A DNA stretch of 64,000 nt from Enoplolaimus lenunculus (taxonomy: Eukaryota): contig JASANG010000727.1 in NCBI GenBank assembly GCA_030248215.1, positions 1 to 64,000 on the forward strand, read 5' to 3'. This document shows positions 13,594-25,832 of this stretch, one piece after another. Below the pieces are notes generated by a model. The model saw only the letters and a program-made list of their open reading frames with translations. It was not told the origin of the DNA and searched no databases. Position 1 is the stretch's first letter. Each line of letters starts with the position of its first letter. A program made the position numbers and the translations under genes.

Positions 13594-14441
13594 CCTATAC
13601 TTTATGCAGATGTAAATCGATTTCGCTATACATGCGCGTTGTTAAACAACTTTGAAGAATCGCAGAAATATGTTCAAAAATTGAATGTAGCTTTCGATGA
13701 CACATACACGCAGATTTTATATTGAAAATTGAAAGCTAAATTTATAAGCCTCATCCTGAGCTTTAACGCATATACATATCACGCTGTGAGCGGATATCCG
13801 GTTCCGGGTGCGGTTCCGGCAAAAAATTGGCACCCGGCTCCGGTATTTTACTTCGCTGAATGTTTTATAAAATTTTCAAAAAATGGAACTAATAAATTGA
13901 CTTATAGATTGCCTTTACCTTTGCATGTTTATTGTGTCATACATGTGATGTAAATGTTTGCAAGTATGTGCCTTAGCGCTTAGCCGTAGGGATGTTGACC
14001 CATGTATAGAACAGGGCCGGATCGTTTTCCGGAGGGGCTATAATAGAGTCAGTTAAAGTTTTAGACTAAGTTTTTTTGCTTAGGCTTAGGCTTAAGCTTA
14101 GGCCTAGGCTTAGGAATAGGCTCGTGTGATGTTAATCACAAGGGCCATGTAGTATAGGCATATGTCTAAACCTAAGCCTAATATTGAGCTCAAATGCATA
14201 CCTATGTCTAAGCAAAAAATTAGTCTAAAGCGTAAGCTTGCTCAATTGTAGACCCAATCTCAAGGAAAACATTATCCCCCCGATATTTACATGGGCCATC
14301 ACAAGTAACGCCATGTGTATAAACAATCTGCTCGTAAATGTGGTGTTACACGGTTTAAAATAATTTAAAATATATAATATATCTATTAACTACATATATA
14401 ATATATCTATCTATATCCTATATTCTATACAGAATATATAT

Positions 14442-15384
14442 CAGGGCACAATCGGAATTGTGGTTCCGTTGGGAAATCCGAAATTTTTTACGATCCGGTT
14501 CCGGTAATAAATCCGGCATTTTTTCATGTGAACTTTCGGTAATTTTTTGTATTGAAAAACTTTCTCATTCAAAAATTTATGAATCCTAACTGATTTTTCT
14601 AAAATACGGGTATATTGCCAAACTTTTCAGTTTGTCTCATACTCCATTTTATCATACGTTTCCAACACTGCATTTGTTTCAGGATTTTGGCATGCTAAAC
14701 GGTGTGTTTGTTTAAACTTTAAGATTTCAATATTAAATGATGTTCGAGTGCACAGTGGAAGAATTATTTTTGTATATCATAAGTATATAACGCACCGGTT
14801 GGGGCAAACATTTCAACCGTGTCTTTCCGATTTTATTCAAATGAACTATTTTCCGATTAAAAACGATAAAATACATTACTTTAAAAGTGAATTTTTCGGT
14901 AACCCGTATTTTTCGTTTTCCGGTTTTGCTTTTTTTAAACCGTCTTGTTCCGGTATTTTTAATGAGGTTGCACCCTGTGTATATATCAGGGTGCAACCGG
15001 AATTCCGGTTCCGGTAGGGAAATCTGGTATTTTTCACTATCCGGTTCCGGTAAAAATCCGGTATTTTTTCACCGGAAGTTTCTGGTATTTTCAGTATTGA
15101 AAAAATTTTCTCATTCGAAAATTTAAGAAAAATTCTCATATTATTTTAACTTATTTATGTAAAATTGTCAGAGCGTGCATTGCTAAAATTTTCAATCGGT
15201 GCCATTCTCCATAATTTATCATATGTTTCCACCTACTGTAGTTGTTTCAGGATTTTGGCATTCTTAATTATGTGTTTACAGCATTAAAAGGGATAAAATA
15301 GCGCTTGAAATGAATTTTTCGGTAACAAATATTTTTTATTTTCCGGTTCCGGTTCCTGTATATTATAATTACGGTTGCACCCTT
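14442..15384. mobile_element. Two adjacent MITEs with CAGGGTGCAACC termini in a (TA)n context
   Basis: Elements at 14442-14977 and 14987-15384 with CCGGTTCCGG subterminal motifs. Relatives at ~33135-33187 and ~62700-62940. Confidence 0.75.
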
Positions 15385-16548
15385 ATATATATGTGTGTAA
15401 CTAACATATGAACATACTTATTGCCGAACGAAGAACCATTTATTTTCGACGCGCGTTTGTTTTTAATGGAAGTGATTTTATTTATGTCTAAAGAATGCAA
15501 AGCCGTTCTACAACTATTACTTTAGTTTTAAGCTTAATGATAATAATTTGGCTTAAAACGCTTATCATGAAAAGCAATAAATATGCAAATATGCTGAAAT
15601 AATAAACAATATTCCTAGTAAATTGAATGCGAAATCTTGTTTGATGTAAAGCAGAATAAAAGCGGACAGAGAAAAAATTTATTTTGAAAACTTTGTTTGA
15701 TATGCAGATTTGCTATAAAGGACTGCTCCCTATAAACTACACATTACAAGCACCGAGACAGAATTGCAAAAAATGCTGAGTCAAATTGATTCTCTCAGAA
15801 ATAGGCTTTTCCTGACTGCAGAAACAGAGTCAAAATTCGACTCCGCCAGAGTCAAAATTCGTCTCCGCCAGAGTCAAATGGAGTCGAATTTGACTCAGGT
15901 GGAGTCGAATTTTGACTCAGTTTGTGTAGTCAGGAAAAGCCTATTTCAGAGAGAGCCAATTTGACTCACCATTGTTTGCAGTGTAATGATATATTGAAAA
16001 TTTTTAAGTTTGTAGTCTGCATGAATGCTGAGCCTTGCTTTGAACTGCGGTGCGTTCATATCTAACAGATATTAAATACTAAATTGACAGTTGTGTATTT
16101 TATTCGCTCAAAAATGTTCAAATATTTTTTTACAATTATTTTTCGACCATATTTTACAAGCCTAAATTTCAGCTGACTTAAGCGAAATTTGTATTAAACT
16201 AATGATAAATAAATTCGTGAAGCTTAAAATGCCAATATGCTCTACAAAGTGTTTACACTCTAGACCAACTGCAAACAAATAGCTTATAAAAACACCGAAG
16301 CTGTTTCCGGTAATAAAATACTGATAACGGTTTGAAAAACACCGTATAAAAATACATCAAATCGTGTGATTTTGGCCATTTTTAGCGTCAGCAATAAAGC
16401 GTTTGTGTTTTAAACAGCGCGCTGAATCGCAACCAGTAATTTTATCGTTTTATTCGAAATTTCAAAAAATATTTTTTTTTTATTTTCTTTCATTTTTCGC
16501 CAACTTTTTTTGAGTAATTTTCGCATTTCAGTATTCGCCGATTGAACA

Positions 16549-16578
16549 ATGCCGCCTGCTACAGTATCAAACGATTGC
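16549..16578 (+). CDS. Cyclophilin-like gene, exon 1 (MPPATVSNDC)
   Basis: ATG lies 17 nt after a TTTCAG (possible trans-splice acceptor). Followed by a GTGAGT donor in phase 0, matching exon 2. Confidence 0.7.
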
Positions 16579-16613
16579 GTGAGTTTTTAAGTGGTGTTAT
16601 ACCTATTTGATCC

Positions 16614-16886
16614 TTAACCCTTTCTCACATGAATATTTTCAAGTTCATAAGAGATGTAGTTTCAAGGTGAGATTCGAACCCCAGTCTCACGGGTGGGAGG
16701 CGTTTACGATGACCGCTGAGCTATAGGAGCTTGACGCTGGAGCCCGAGTAGGCTCTCACGTCTTGTGGTGATTTAACACTGCGCATATATGTTATAAATG
16801 TTAAACACTGCTCACAGTGTGTGTGTATTGCTCGTACATTATTGTATTTAGTTGCTCATAGTATATTCTATGAGCGAAAGGGTAAA
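16614..16886. mobile_element. piggyBac-like MITE (TTAA|CCCTTT...AAAGGG|T(T/A)AA) carrying a tRNA-Gly-like segment
   Basis: Second copy at 18198-18469 has TTAA at both ends. A tRNA-like A/B-box sequence lies on the minus strand at 16665-16730. Confidence 0.7.
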
Positions 16887-17527
16887 ATTTTGAAAGCAGG
16901 GCACATCATATGGAGACAACACACGAACCAGGTTGCATTGGTTTCTAAACCATTTGAATAAAATTTTCATTTGCTGCTGTTGGCCAATTTTCCTATTAAG
17001 CCAGGCCCGTAATTAGCATACCTTGTTTTAAAGGGGCTAAAAAATTTTCAAGTTGGGCGGACAAGAGTTTTCGAGGACTAATTCAGGCTAAGCTGAAAAT
17101 TTTCTAGGGGGGGCCAAATTTTTTCCAGGGATTTTGAACATCCTGCCACTAGTTGTTAAGGCATGTTACCACAACCATGGCCAAGCACCCACAGGTGTCG
17201 TAGGTATACGAACAATGGGCTCATGGGTCACAGGGCCCCCGTTCAGGAGGGTCGGGTGGTGTTTGGCACGGCACTGAATCGGATTGACAGCTCATATTTG
17301 CTCCTTTCTAAAACATCTCAGCGAATGATTTACGTATCCTTGTGCAAAGCGTCAGTGAAACGAATTGGCTCTTATACACTTTATGCCCGCAGAGTTTTAG
17401 GCTTTAGGTTTCGGAAAATACTTGCCTAAAAGCTTAAACCTAAACCTAAACCTTAAACGTAGTAAAAGTGTACAAGAACCGAATAAACCTCATACGGAAA
17501 AGGGGCAGTTTATTTTTGCTGTTTAAG

Positions 17528-17678
17528 GTCGCAAAACAGAATCCATTATGCTTTATGGATATCAGCGTTGGAAGCCAACCAATTGGCCGTGTAGTTTTCG
17601 AGCTTTTTGCTGATATTTGTCCAAAAACCGCAGAAAACTTTCGATCTCTGTGCACAGGAGAAACGACGACTCCAGAAG
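17528..17678 (+). CDS. Cyclophilin-like gene, exon 2
   Basis: TTTAAG acceptor. [50 protein letters not shown] is a classic cyclophilin N-terminus. Phase-1 GT donor. Confidence 0.95.
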
Positions 17679-18222
17679 GTACCATGGATCTCGAATATAC
17701 ATGACCCATACGCAGATGAAGGTAGCAAACAGTGTATACACATATTCCTAAGTCTAAACCAAAGCCTTATAGCGTAAGAATAAACGTATTAGTAAGCCTA
17801 GTGTAAGCATAGGCCTAATCTCAACGTGGCGCAGTGGGCATGACGTCTCAGGTTGGAATTTAATTTGCCAGGGTTTCGTTTGTTTAAAGATACTAATTGA
17901 GAATTTTTCTTTTAACCATTTCTCACATGAATATTTTACCGCAGAAAACTTTCGATCCCTGTGCACAGGAGAAAGGACGACTCCAGAAGGTACCATTGAT
18001 CTCGAATATACAAGGCCCATACGCAGATGAGGGTAGCAAACAGTGTATACACATATTCCTAAGTCTAAACCAAAGCCTTAATAGCGCAAGAATAAACGTA
18101 TTCGTTAATCTCAACGTGGCGCAGTGGGCATGACGTCTCAGTTTGGAAGTTAATTTGCAAAGGTTTCGTTTGTTTAAAGATACTGAGAATTTTTCCATTA
18201 ACCCTTTCTCACATGAATATTT
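17627..18222 (+). repeat. ~310-bp local tandem duplication spanning the 3' part of cyclophilin exon 2 and its donor
   Basis: ACCGCAGAAAACTTTCGATC... occurs at 17627 and 17938. The copies differ by SNPs and a small indel. Confidence 0.9.
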
Positions 18223-18469
18223 TCAATTTCATATGAGATACACTTTCAAGGTAAGATTCGATCCCCAGTCTCTCGGTTGGCAGGCGTTTACGATGACTAC
18301 TCAGCTATAGGAGCTTGACGCTCGAGCCCGAGGGGGCTATTACGTCTTGTAGAGATTTAGCACTGCACATATATGTTACAATTGTTAAACGCTGCTCACA
18401 GTGTCTGTGTTGCTCATATATTACTTGTATTTAGTTGCTCATAGTATACTTTATGGGTTAAAGGGTTAA
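18198..18469. mobile_element. piggyBac-like MITE, second copy
   Basis: TTAACCCTTT ... AAAGGGTTAA, colinear with 16614-16886. tRNA-like segment at 18249-18314 (-). Confidence 0.75.
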
Positions 18470-18657
18470 TCCGTTCAACAATATTTTGAACACGTCTGAT
18501 TGTAGAAATGTTTTGAACATTTCGGTTTCCCATAACCTCACTGGACAATTTCCACTGAAATTTCAATTTTAACAAATTCCATTGTTAATCTGTGTTGTAT
18601 ATAGAAAAGTTAGTTGTCCTTTAGTAAGATGATAGTTTTAAATTCAAGCTATTTTAG

Positions 18658-18863
18658 GTCAAACACTAACATATAAATCAACTCAATTCCACAGTGTCTA
18701 CCCAGACTGGGCGTTGGTTGGCGGTGACATTGTGAACCATAATGGAACCGGTGGCTATTCCATCTATGGGAAATATTTCAACGACGAGAACTATACAGTG
18801 AAGCACGACCAACCTGGAATATTATCGATGATGAATTTCAAAAACAACACCAACAGTTCACAG
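18658..18863 (+). CDS. Cyclophilin-like gene, exon 3
   Basis: TTTTAG acceptor. Encodes GQTLTYKSTQFHSVYPDWALVGGDIVNHNGTGGYSIYGKYFNDENYTVKHDQPGILSMMNFKNNTNSSQ, then a GTTGGT donor. Phases are consistent. Confidence 0.95.
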
Positions 18864-19316
18864 GTTGGTTAGGTTTTTAATTTCTTTTGCAAGCACACTG
18901 CAAAAAATGGTTAGTCAAATTGACTCTCTTCGAAATAGGCTTTTCTGGACACCATTTTTTAGCAGTGTTACCGTTCCTTTTTGTAATCTTTGAAACGTGA
19001 TACTTTTTAAAATATGTGACCCATGTCAAGATCAGGGGCGGTACGTTTTTCTGTGGGACTACAAAAGAGTAAACTTAAGCTTTAAGACTAATTTTTTTGT
19101 TTGGCTTAGGCGTAGGCTTAGGCTTACGAATATGCTCGTTCTTACGCTTAAGCTTAGGCTTAGGCTTAGGCTTAGGAATATGCTTTAATACTGGTCCGCC
19201 ACTATTCTTCACATTGACAAAATATGTTAAGCTTCCGCAATTGTTTGGACGTCTGGACAAAATTTTACTGAAGCCCCACGTGTGGCCAAGAGTGGACGAC
19301 GACAAGTTGTACCATG

Positions 19317-19590
19317 GGCCCATGTAAAGATCAGGGGCGGAACGTTTTTCTGTGGGACTAGGAAAAGAGTAAGCTTAAGCTTTTGGCTATTTTTTGCTTG
19401 GCTTAGGTTTAGGCTTAGGCTTAGGCTTAGGCTTAGACTTAGACTTAGGCTTAGGCTTAGGAATATGCTCATTCTTTAGACTTAGGCTTAGGTTTAGGCT
19501 TAGGAATACGGGCATTCTTACGATTAGGCTTAGGCTGCAACTTAAGAATATGCTTATAATACAGTTCCGCCCGTGTTCTGTACATTGACC
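19317..19590. mobile_element. Telomeric-repeat MITE, subfamily B (GGCCCATGTAAAGATCAGGGGCGGAAC terminus)
   Basis: 8-bp TSD GTACCATG and internal (TTAGGC)n. Other copies at ~19018-19218, 19945-20120, 21165-21372, 24701-24855, 43115-43534, 46010-46259, 47883-48060, 53526-53859, 56300-56623, 57054-57362 and 62246-62541. Confidence 0.9.
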
Positions 19591-19646
19591 GTACCATGGA
19601 AGGCGTAAATGGTCGTTTGAAAATTTTCAAGTCCCTACATTTTTAG

Positions 19647-19844
19647 TTCATTATCTCACTGGATGCTGCCCCATCTCTTGATGGACAAAATGTTGCATTT
19701 GGCCGAGTGGTTTGTGGTCTATCTGTGATGGACAAAATTTCCACGATCGGATCGCAAAGCGGACAACCAACCCGAAAAGTTATCGTCACAGACTGTGGAC
19801 AGTTAAAAAGTCTTAATTCCCGTAAAATATCACAGCGGGCATAG
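19647..19844 (+). CDS. Cyclophilin-like gene, exon 4 (194 aa total)
   Basis: TTTTAG acceptor. Encodes FIISLDAAPSLDGQNVAFGRVVCGLSVMDKISTIGSQSGQPTRKVIVTDCGQLKSLNSRKISQRA*. Confidence 0.95.
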   Translation, partial: FIISLDAAPSLDGQNVAFGRVVCGLSVMDKISTIGSQSGQPTRKVIVTDCGQLKSLNSRKISQRA

Positions 19845-20224
19845 GTTTCCGTTGGTTTCCACGAAGCACGGCATTGAACAATTTGATTTTCTGTAACAGG
19901 CGAATGTGTCCAAAGCATCTCACTTTCATTTAATTTAGTTTGCCGCATGTAAAGATATTAGGGGCAGAACATTTTTGTGTATGAGTAGAATAGAGTAAGC
20001 TAAGCGTTAGACTAATTTTTGTTTAAGTTTAAGCTCACTGCTTAAGTATAAGCTCATTTTTTACGTTTTGGTTTAGGAATATTCCTATACTACTGTTACG
20101 GCCCTGTTTTATACATTTACTACAGTTCTTAAAGTGAAATATGACTGCACAACATATGCCTTTTATGATTCCAAGGCGTTGGCTTTACATACACAGCCAG
20201 AATGAGGACACTTTGGAAACGTAA

Positions 20225-20478
20225 GGGTTGCACAACACTTTACTGAGCCGGATGCCGGCGCGAAACGCCGTACGCCGCCTCGTACCGCCGTACGCCGCCG
20301 CGCTCCGACGCACGGCGGAATGCGATAAATGTTAATAAAAAGTTTTACGGCGCTGTAAACCTTTTTATTAAAAATTACCGCAAGCCGTCGTGCGCCAGAG
20401 CGCGGCGGCGTACGGCGGTACGAGGCGGCGTACGGCGGTACGCGCCGGCATCCGGCTCAGTAAAGTATAGCGCAACCC
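20225..20478. mobile_element. PIF/Harbinger-like palindromic MITE (GGGTTGC...GCAACCC)
   Basis: Near-complete internal palindrome with TAA at the left flank. Termini closely match those of 50229-50923. Confidence 0.75.
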
Positions 20479-22509
20479 TCATTATTTGCTTGGTGGCGAT
20501 CCTATAAATTTGTCATTTTCATTTGTTTTTTTTTCTACGACTACTACACATTGATACGGCGAATAAACATTACGTTTAATCTAAACTTTCTACGTTTACA
20601 CTGTAAATGACAGTGAGTTGATTTTAACTTAAAATAAGCTGAATCAGTCAGTCTCAGTTAGGACTATCACAACTCAGGATTTTGAGTTGATTCAATTCAT
20701 TCTGAGATAATTAATCAACTCACCCAGAGTCAACTCAACCCAGAGTGAGAATCACCTCAACTGAGAATAGAGTTAATGTTTACTGATATTAATTCAGAAA
20801 TAACCAACTCGCTAGCTGAATTGATTAACCAACTCATTAGAATTTACAGTGTACACAGCAAATGATTTAAGGCAAAATACGTTTAAGAACTAAATATTCT
20901 TGAAAATTCAACGATTTCCGAGACAAAGAGTTGATTGTGATCAATTCAGCGCAATGTGTAGTGCAGTAATGCACATTATACAAACGGCACACTTCTATTA
21001 ATTCTACGCGTATACCCTGTATGAACTCTCTACCAAACGTGAGACCCTCGAGCTCAGGCGTCAAGCTCCAGAGTGCCGATGAAAACGCCTCCTATTGCAG
21101 TTTCCCAGGATCAAATTCTAGCATAAAACAAATTATCAGATGAAATAGAAAATATTGAAGTATGGGCCAATAACGAACAGTGGCGGAACTGTATTAGCGT
21201 ATTCGTAAGCCTAAGCCTAAGCTTAAGCCTAAGCGTAAGCCTTTAGCGTAAGAATGACTTTATTCCTTAGCTTAAGCCTAAGCCTAAGTCAAACAAAAAA
21301 TAGTCAAAAGCTTAAGTTTAATCTATTCTAGTCTCACAGAAAAACGTTTAACCCCTCATCTTTACATGGGCCAACAAGAGTGTGCAACTCTTGGGATCCC
21401 GCATTGTAGAAAATGTACCATCGGGCGTTGCGTTTTTGGCCGACCCCTCCCTTGTTTAGAGGGGGGAGGGCGCTATCACATGAATATCCCTAAATTAAAC
21501 TATAACGGGAGCATATTTGATGGCGCATGCATAAAGTGTGGCCCTTGTTACTTTAAGGGGCGTCCAGGTTTCTGGTGGGTCTATAAAAGAGTAGGTTTAG
21601 ATTTCAGATTACATTTTTTGCTTAGGCTTAGGCTTAGGAACTCGTTTTGGCAACGCTTAGGCTTAGACTTAGACTTAGAGATACGCTTAATCTACTGTTA
21701 CGTCCCTTAAAGTAACATTGGCCCTCTTCTTATTATCCACTCTTGATTTTATGAAATAACCAACAAGAGATCTTTCATTTTATTAACATAAATATATTTA
21801 ATCAAACGAACCAAATATAAGCATTAACATTACTTAGTACCTGCTCTGTAAAAATCCTCTACTTAAAATACTATAGTTATATTTTACTAACTTTTTTAAG
21901 TATAACTGTACGAAATATTGAGTAAATCTTTGCATAAATAATGTAAATAAGTAAAACTACTGCTGTCATTTCCTGATTAATTAAGTAAATGTAAAGCTAA
22001 AAATCTTGTGTTTGCTTCAAATTAAGTAAAACTTTGCTAAAAACCATAGAAAGTAAAACCGACACTTAATTCGGTAACAGTTTTACTTAATTTTAAGTAT
22101 ATTTTTTCGTGAGTGCAACAAAAACTCATTTTTATAAATTTGCTAGGATTAACATTTGAATTTGAACTGTTTTTTTACCATTCTCACATGGATATATATC
22201 TACCAAAACCGAGTATTTATATTTTTACACGAAATAAGGCCTTTACCTTAAATAACCAAAAGGTCTGCTACTGGAACGTTAGTAGAACAAGAAATGAAAC
22301 GTCAATCCACTATTCAGTGTTGACCGTAAACGCTTTTGTCTTCAGTGACAATAGCTATCGTTAATATCGAATTCATATCAGCGTCCAGGCACGAGGCTCG
22401 TATTCCCCCCTCTAAATTTCGTTGGTGTCCCTTCAAAAGTGACCGAACTAATAAATAATTCCCACCACTTCTGCGGACAATTGTACCATTGAAACCCGTT
22501 CAAAACATC

Positions 22510-22969
22510 GGCCAATTTGAAGAACAGTGGCGGAACAGTATTAAGCATATTCTTAAGCCTAAGCCTAAGCGTAACAATGAGCATATTCCTAAGCCTAAGC
22601 CTAAGCGTAACAATGAGCATATTCCTAAGCCTAAGCGTAAGAATGAGCACATTCCTAAGCCTAAACCTAAGCCTAAGCCTAAGCGTAAGAATGAGCACAT
22701 TCCTAAGCCTATTCCTAAGACTAAGCCTAAGCGTAAGAATGAGCACATTCCTAAGCCTAAGCCTAAGCCTAAGCCTAAGCGTAAGAAAGAGCATATTCCT
22801 AAGCCTAAGCGTAAGAATGAGCATATTCCTAAGCCTAAGCCTAAGCGTAAGAATGAGCATATTCCTAAGCCTAAGCCTAAGCAAAGCAAAAAAAAGTTTA
22901 AATCTTAAGCTTAGGTACTCTATTGCAATGCCACAGAAAAACGTTCCGCCCCTGATCTTTACATGGGCC
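22510..22969. mobile_element. Telomeric-repeat MITE, subfamily B, with expanded internal module
   Basis: 8-bp TSD AAAACATC. The module (GCCTAA)n-GCGTAAGAATGAGCATATTCCTAA is repeated about 8 times. Confidence 0.9.
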
Positions 22970-23309
22970 AAAACATCAAATCATACACAAACAAATCAGT
23001 TATTAACGCTATGAATTATAACAAACAGGCAATTCAAAATAAATAAATTGCACTTAATTGTTTGGCGGATCGATATGATATGATAAGCCACTTGCGTACC
23101 TGTAACACCAACACACCTACAAATTCGTTTACACTTTCCTATACATTTAAGATTTAAGATTTTGGCTTAGGATCATGATCACGCTTATGCTCAGACAACG
23201 GTTTAAGCGTAGGCTTAGTTAACCGTTTTTCTACTACGTCCAACCTAAGTCTAATTCGAGCAAAGTATACAAGAGCCATCATCGCTAAACGACGTAGAAA
23301 TACCCGTCG

Positions 23310-24169
23310 TCACAGGTCATATTGATCGCGATATTTACCCTCAGTCTGATTTCCAAGAACATCCTCATCAACAAGCGAAAAGAAGTCTTCGTCGCGTCTG
23401 GCAGACGATCCGATCCCTGGTCCAAATCCGGCCGGCGGCAGATGGCCATTAATCGGTGGCTGTGGCGCGTTGGGCTCATGCAAAATATCGGGCAACGGTT
23501 GACCTTTGGTTTCAGGCAACAACAGTCCACAAACAATCAATGTAACCAGTACAACAAACGCGTTCACAATGTACGGTAAAGACGGCCAAGTGTTTTCAAG
23601 ATACAAAACTTGCGGTGCCACAATACCACCGATTTCATTGGCGATTGCAAAAAATCCAACTGCAATATTTCGAATCACCGTAGGATACAGTTCAACTTGA
23701 TACTGGCCTAAAGCTGCCCAAAGGATTGCTGCTAACGCGGCTGCGAGTACTCCAAACGCAGTAATCGGTGCTTTGTAGTCGTCACGGTCGTGTTCCAACT
23801 CAAACAACAGTACAACACAACTAATATTGACGAAAACGGTAACAATTCCACAGAAGAACATTGCTCGCCGGCCAAACCATTTAAATCTGCGATCTGCACC
23901 CCACAATACAAACGGGATCCAACTGCGAATCAAACCGTAGAAAAAAATGTCAAGAAACGGATTACCAGCCAGCCGGCGAAGATTAAACAAAAACGTATTT
24001 GCTGTAACTGAAGCGCAGAACGCAATCAACGATAACGCAATGGTGTACATCGTGAGAGCTCTGGTCGATACCAAATGGAACAACGAATAGTGTCGATCTT
24101 TTAAGTCGACTTGAATGCCGTTGAGCGATTGAGCAGACACTGGGATTAGTGGTTTTTGTTCATTTGAGC
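23310..24169 (-). CDS. SLC22-family transporter, last exon (558 aa total)
   Basis: TTCAAG acceptor. Contains the FGRR, ELYPTVIRN and LPETKG motifs typical of SLC22/sugar-porter proteins. TGA stop. Confidence 0.95.
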
Positions 24170-25198
24170 CTTGAACATTACAAATATACAGATACATATA
24201 CATGCTATCGCTGCAAAAAAATGGTAAGTCAAATTGAGTCTCTCCGAAATAGGCTCTACGCGACTACCACAAACTGAGTCAAATTCGACTCCGCCAGAGT
24301 CAAACGTGCCAGCCTGAGTTAAATTTGACTCTGACGGAGTCGAATTTGACTCAGGTTATGGTAGTCTCGTAGAGCCTATTTCGGAGAGAGTCAATTTCAT
24401 TGACCAGTTTTTTGCAGTGTACCAGTGTGCTGTTCTGACTAAACAGTTTAGTTTAGGTTAAGCCATGACTTGGTACTGTAGCAAAACGTTATTTTAGCTT
24501 AAACCAAACCTGAAAGTAATCATTTAGCGTTTATCAAAACGCTAACGTAGTATATAAAAGCTTTTTAACCCAAAATCATTTTTTGGTTTAATCCGATAAC
24601 CAGAACCTTTATAGATTAATCTAATGTGTACCAGTCGGTTAGTTTTCAGCTTTTTAAACTCATGCGTTGCGATGTTCTGTCCATCAAACTGCAGCCAATA
24701 GCCAATGTATAGAACAGGGCCGTACCAGCAGTATATGAATATTCCTAAGCCTAAGCCTAAGCTATAGCATATGCATAAAATTAGTCTAAACCTTAAGCTT
24801 ACTCAATTGCAGTCCCACAGATAAATATTCCGCCCCCTAATCTTTACATGGGCCGAAGTTACCTACAACATCGACTGTATTATTAACACGATGCTTTCTA
24901 CAAGCTTTGAAATACTATATATATCCCTAAAAATTCGGATTGGCCCCTAAAAATTGTGTTTAGGGGCCAATTAACCCCTAATTTTGAGATAAAAACCCTG
25001 CTATGTAGATGCATACCGAACGCTTCTTTAATTGACGGCTAAAATATTGGTCGTTGAGATAACATTGGTTTATTAGTAACGGCAGTTCAACAATGTTCCG
25101 TTCTCAAAAGAAATCAACACAGACTCGAAACGAAGGAGTGCAATAGCAGTTAGCTTGCCCCCTGTATACTTTCCCCACAGGTTTAGTCTTAGGTTCAT

Positions 25199-25376
25199 CG
25201 GACCCGTAGCCAAGGGGGGCGGGGGGCTCAGTCCCCCCTAGAAAGATTTTGGCCCCCCCTAGCAAGTTTTCAACCTTGCTTGTAACTCATTGAAACCCTT
25301 GAATGCGCCTCCTGAAAATTTTTTAGCCCCCCTAACAAGATGAGCTGGCTAACAAGATGAGCTGGCTACGGACCTG
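25199..25376. mobile_element. hAT-like MITE (CAGGCCCGTAGCC...GGCTACGGGCCTG family)
   Basis: 8-bp TSD AGGTTCAT. Related copies at ~33240-33408, 45026-45190, 49090-49251, 52550-52720, 52910-53083, 54062-54227 and 55822-55979, plus their duplicates. Confidence 0.8.
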
Positions 25377-25532
25377 AGGTTCATACTTACAATTAAGCTT
25401 TAGGTTCCGAAAAAGGTTAACCTGATCGCGCATTTAGACATAACCCACTGTCTGCCTAAGCGTTTACTTATATCTAAGAATGGATCCTAACCCGTTAACT
25501 ATGAAGCGAACTATCCACCAGCTGCCTTTTAC

Positions 25533-25832
25533 CTCCATTCCATCGTAAAATTTGATTGATACTATCCGCAGCGTCGACTGTACGTCGTTTCTGAATTAAC
25601 CAGCGTGCACTTTCACGGTATCGAAAGAATAACGGCAACGCAAGTATAGCGATTAGGTTTGTTGTCACTAGATAACTGCGCCAAGTTCGTGTTAAGAACC
25701 CGATGAGCGCGGTGAGCATATAAATAAATACCCACGAGCCGCCAAGATTCATTACAAGATTATGCTTTGTATTGGTTAGTTCCATGGACCATGTGAACAG
25801 TGTAACTTGAGATGACGATAGAAGAAATCCAA
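25533..25832 (-). CDS. SLC22-family transporter, exon 3
   Basis: TTTTAG acceptor. VGFLLSSSQVTLFTWSMEL...WR...RESARWLI...RWNG contains an ESPRWL-like motif. 300 nt, phase 1 to phase 1. Confidence 0.93.

Noticed and set aside
16665..16730. Functional tRNA-Gly gene (also 18249-18314)
   Set aside because: The acceptor stem has no 3' partner, the anticodon stem pairs poorly, and the sequence is embedded in a dispersed repeat.
22378..23014. ORFs of LRLRLR, PKPKPK, LGLGLG and LSLSLS type here and at many other sites
   Set aside because: They are translations of (TTAGGC)n tracts inside MITEs, not genes.
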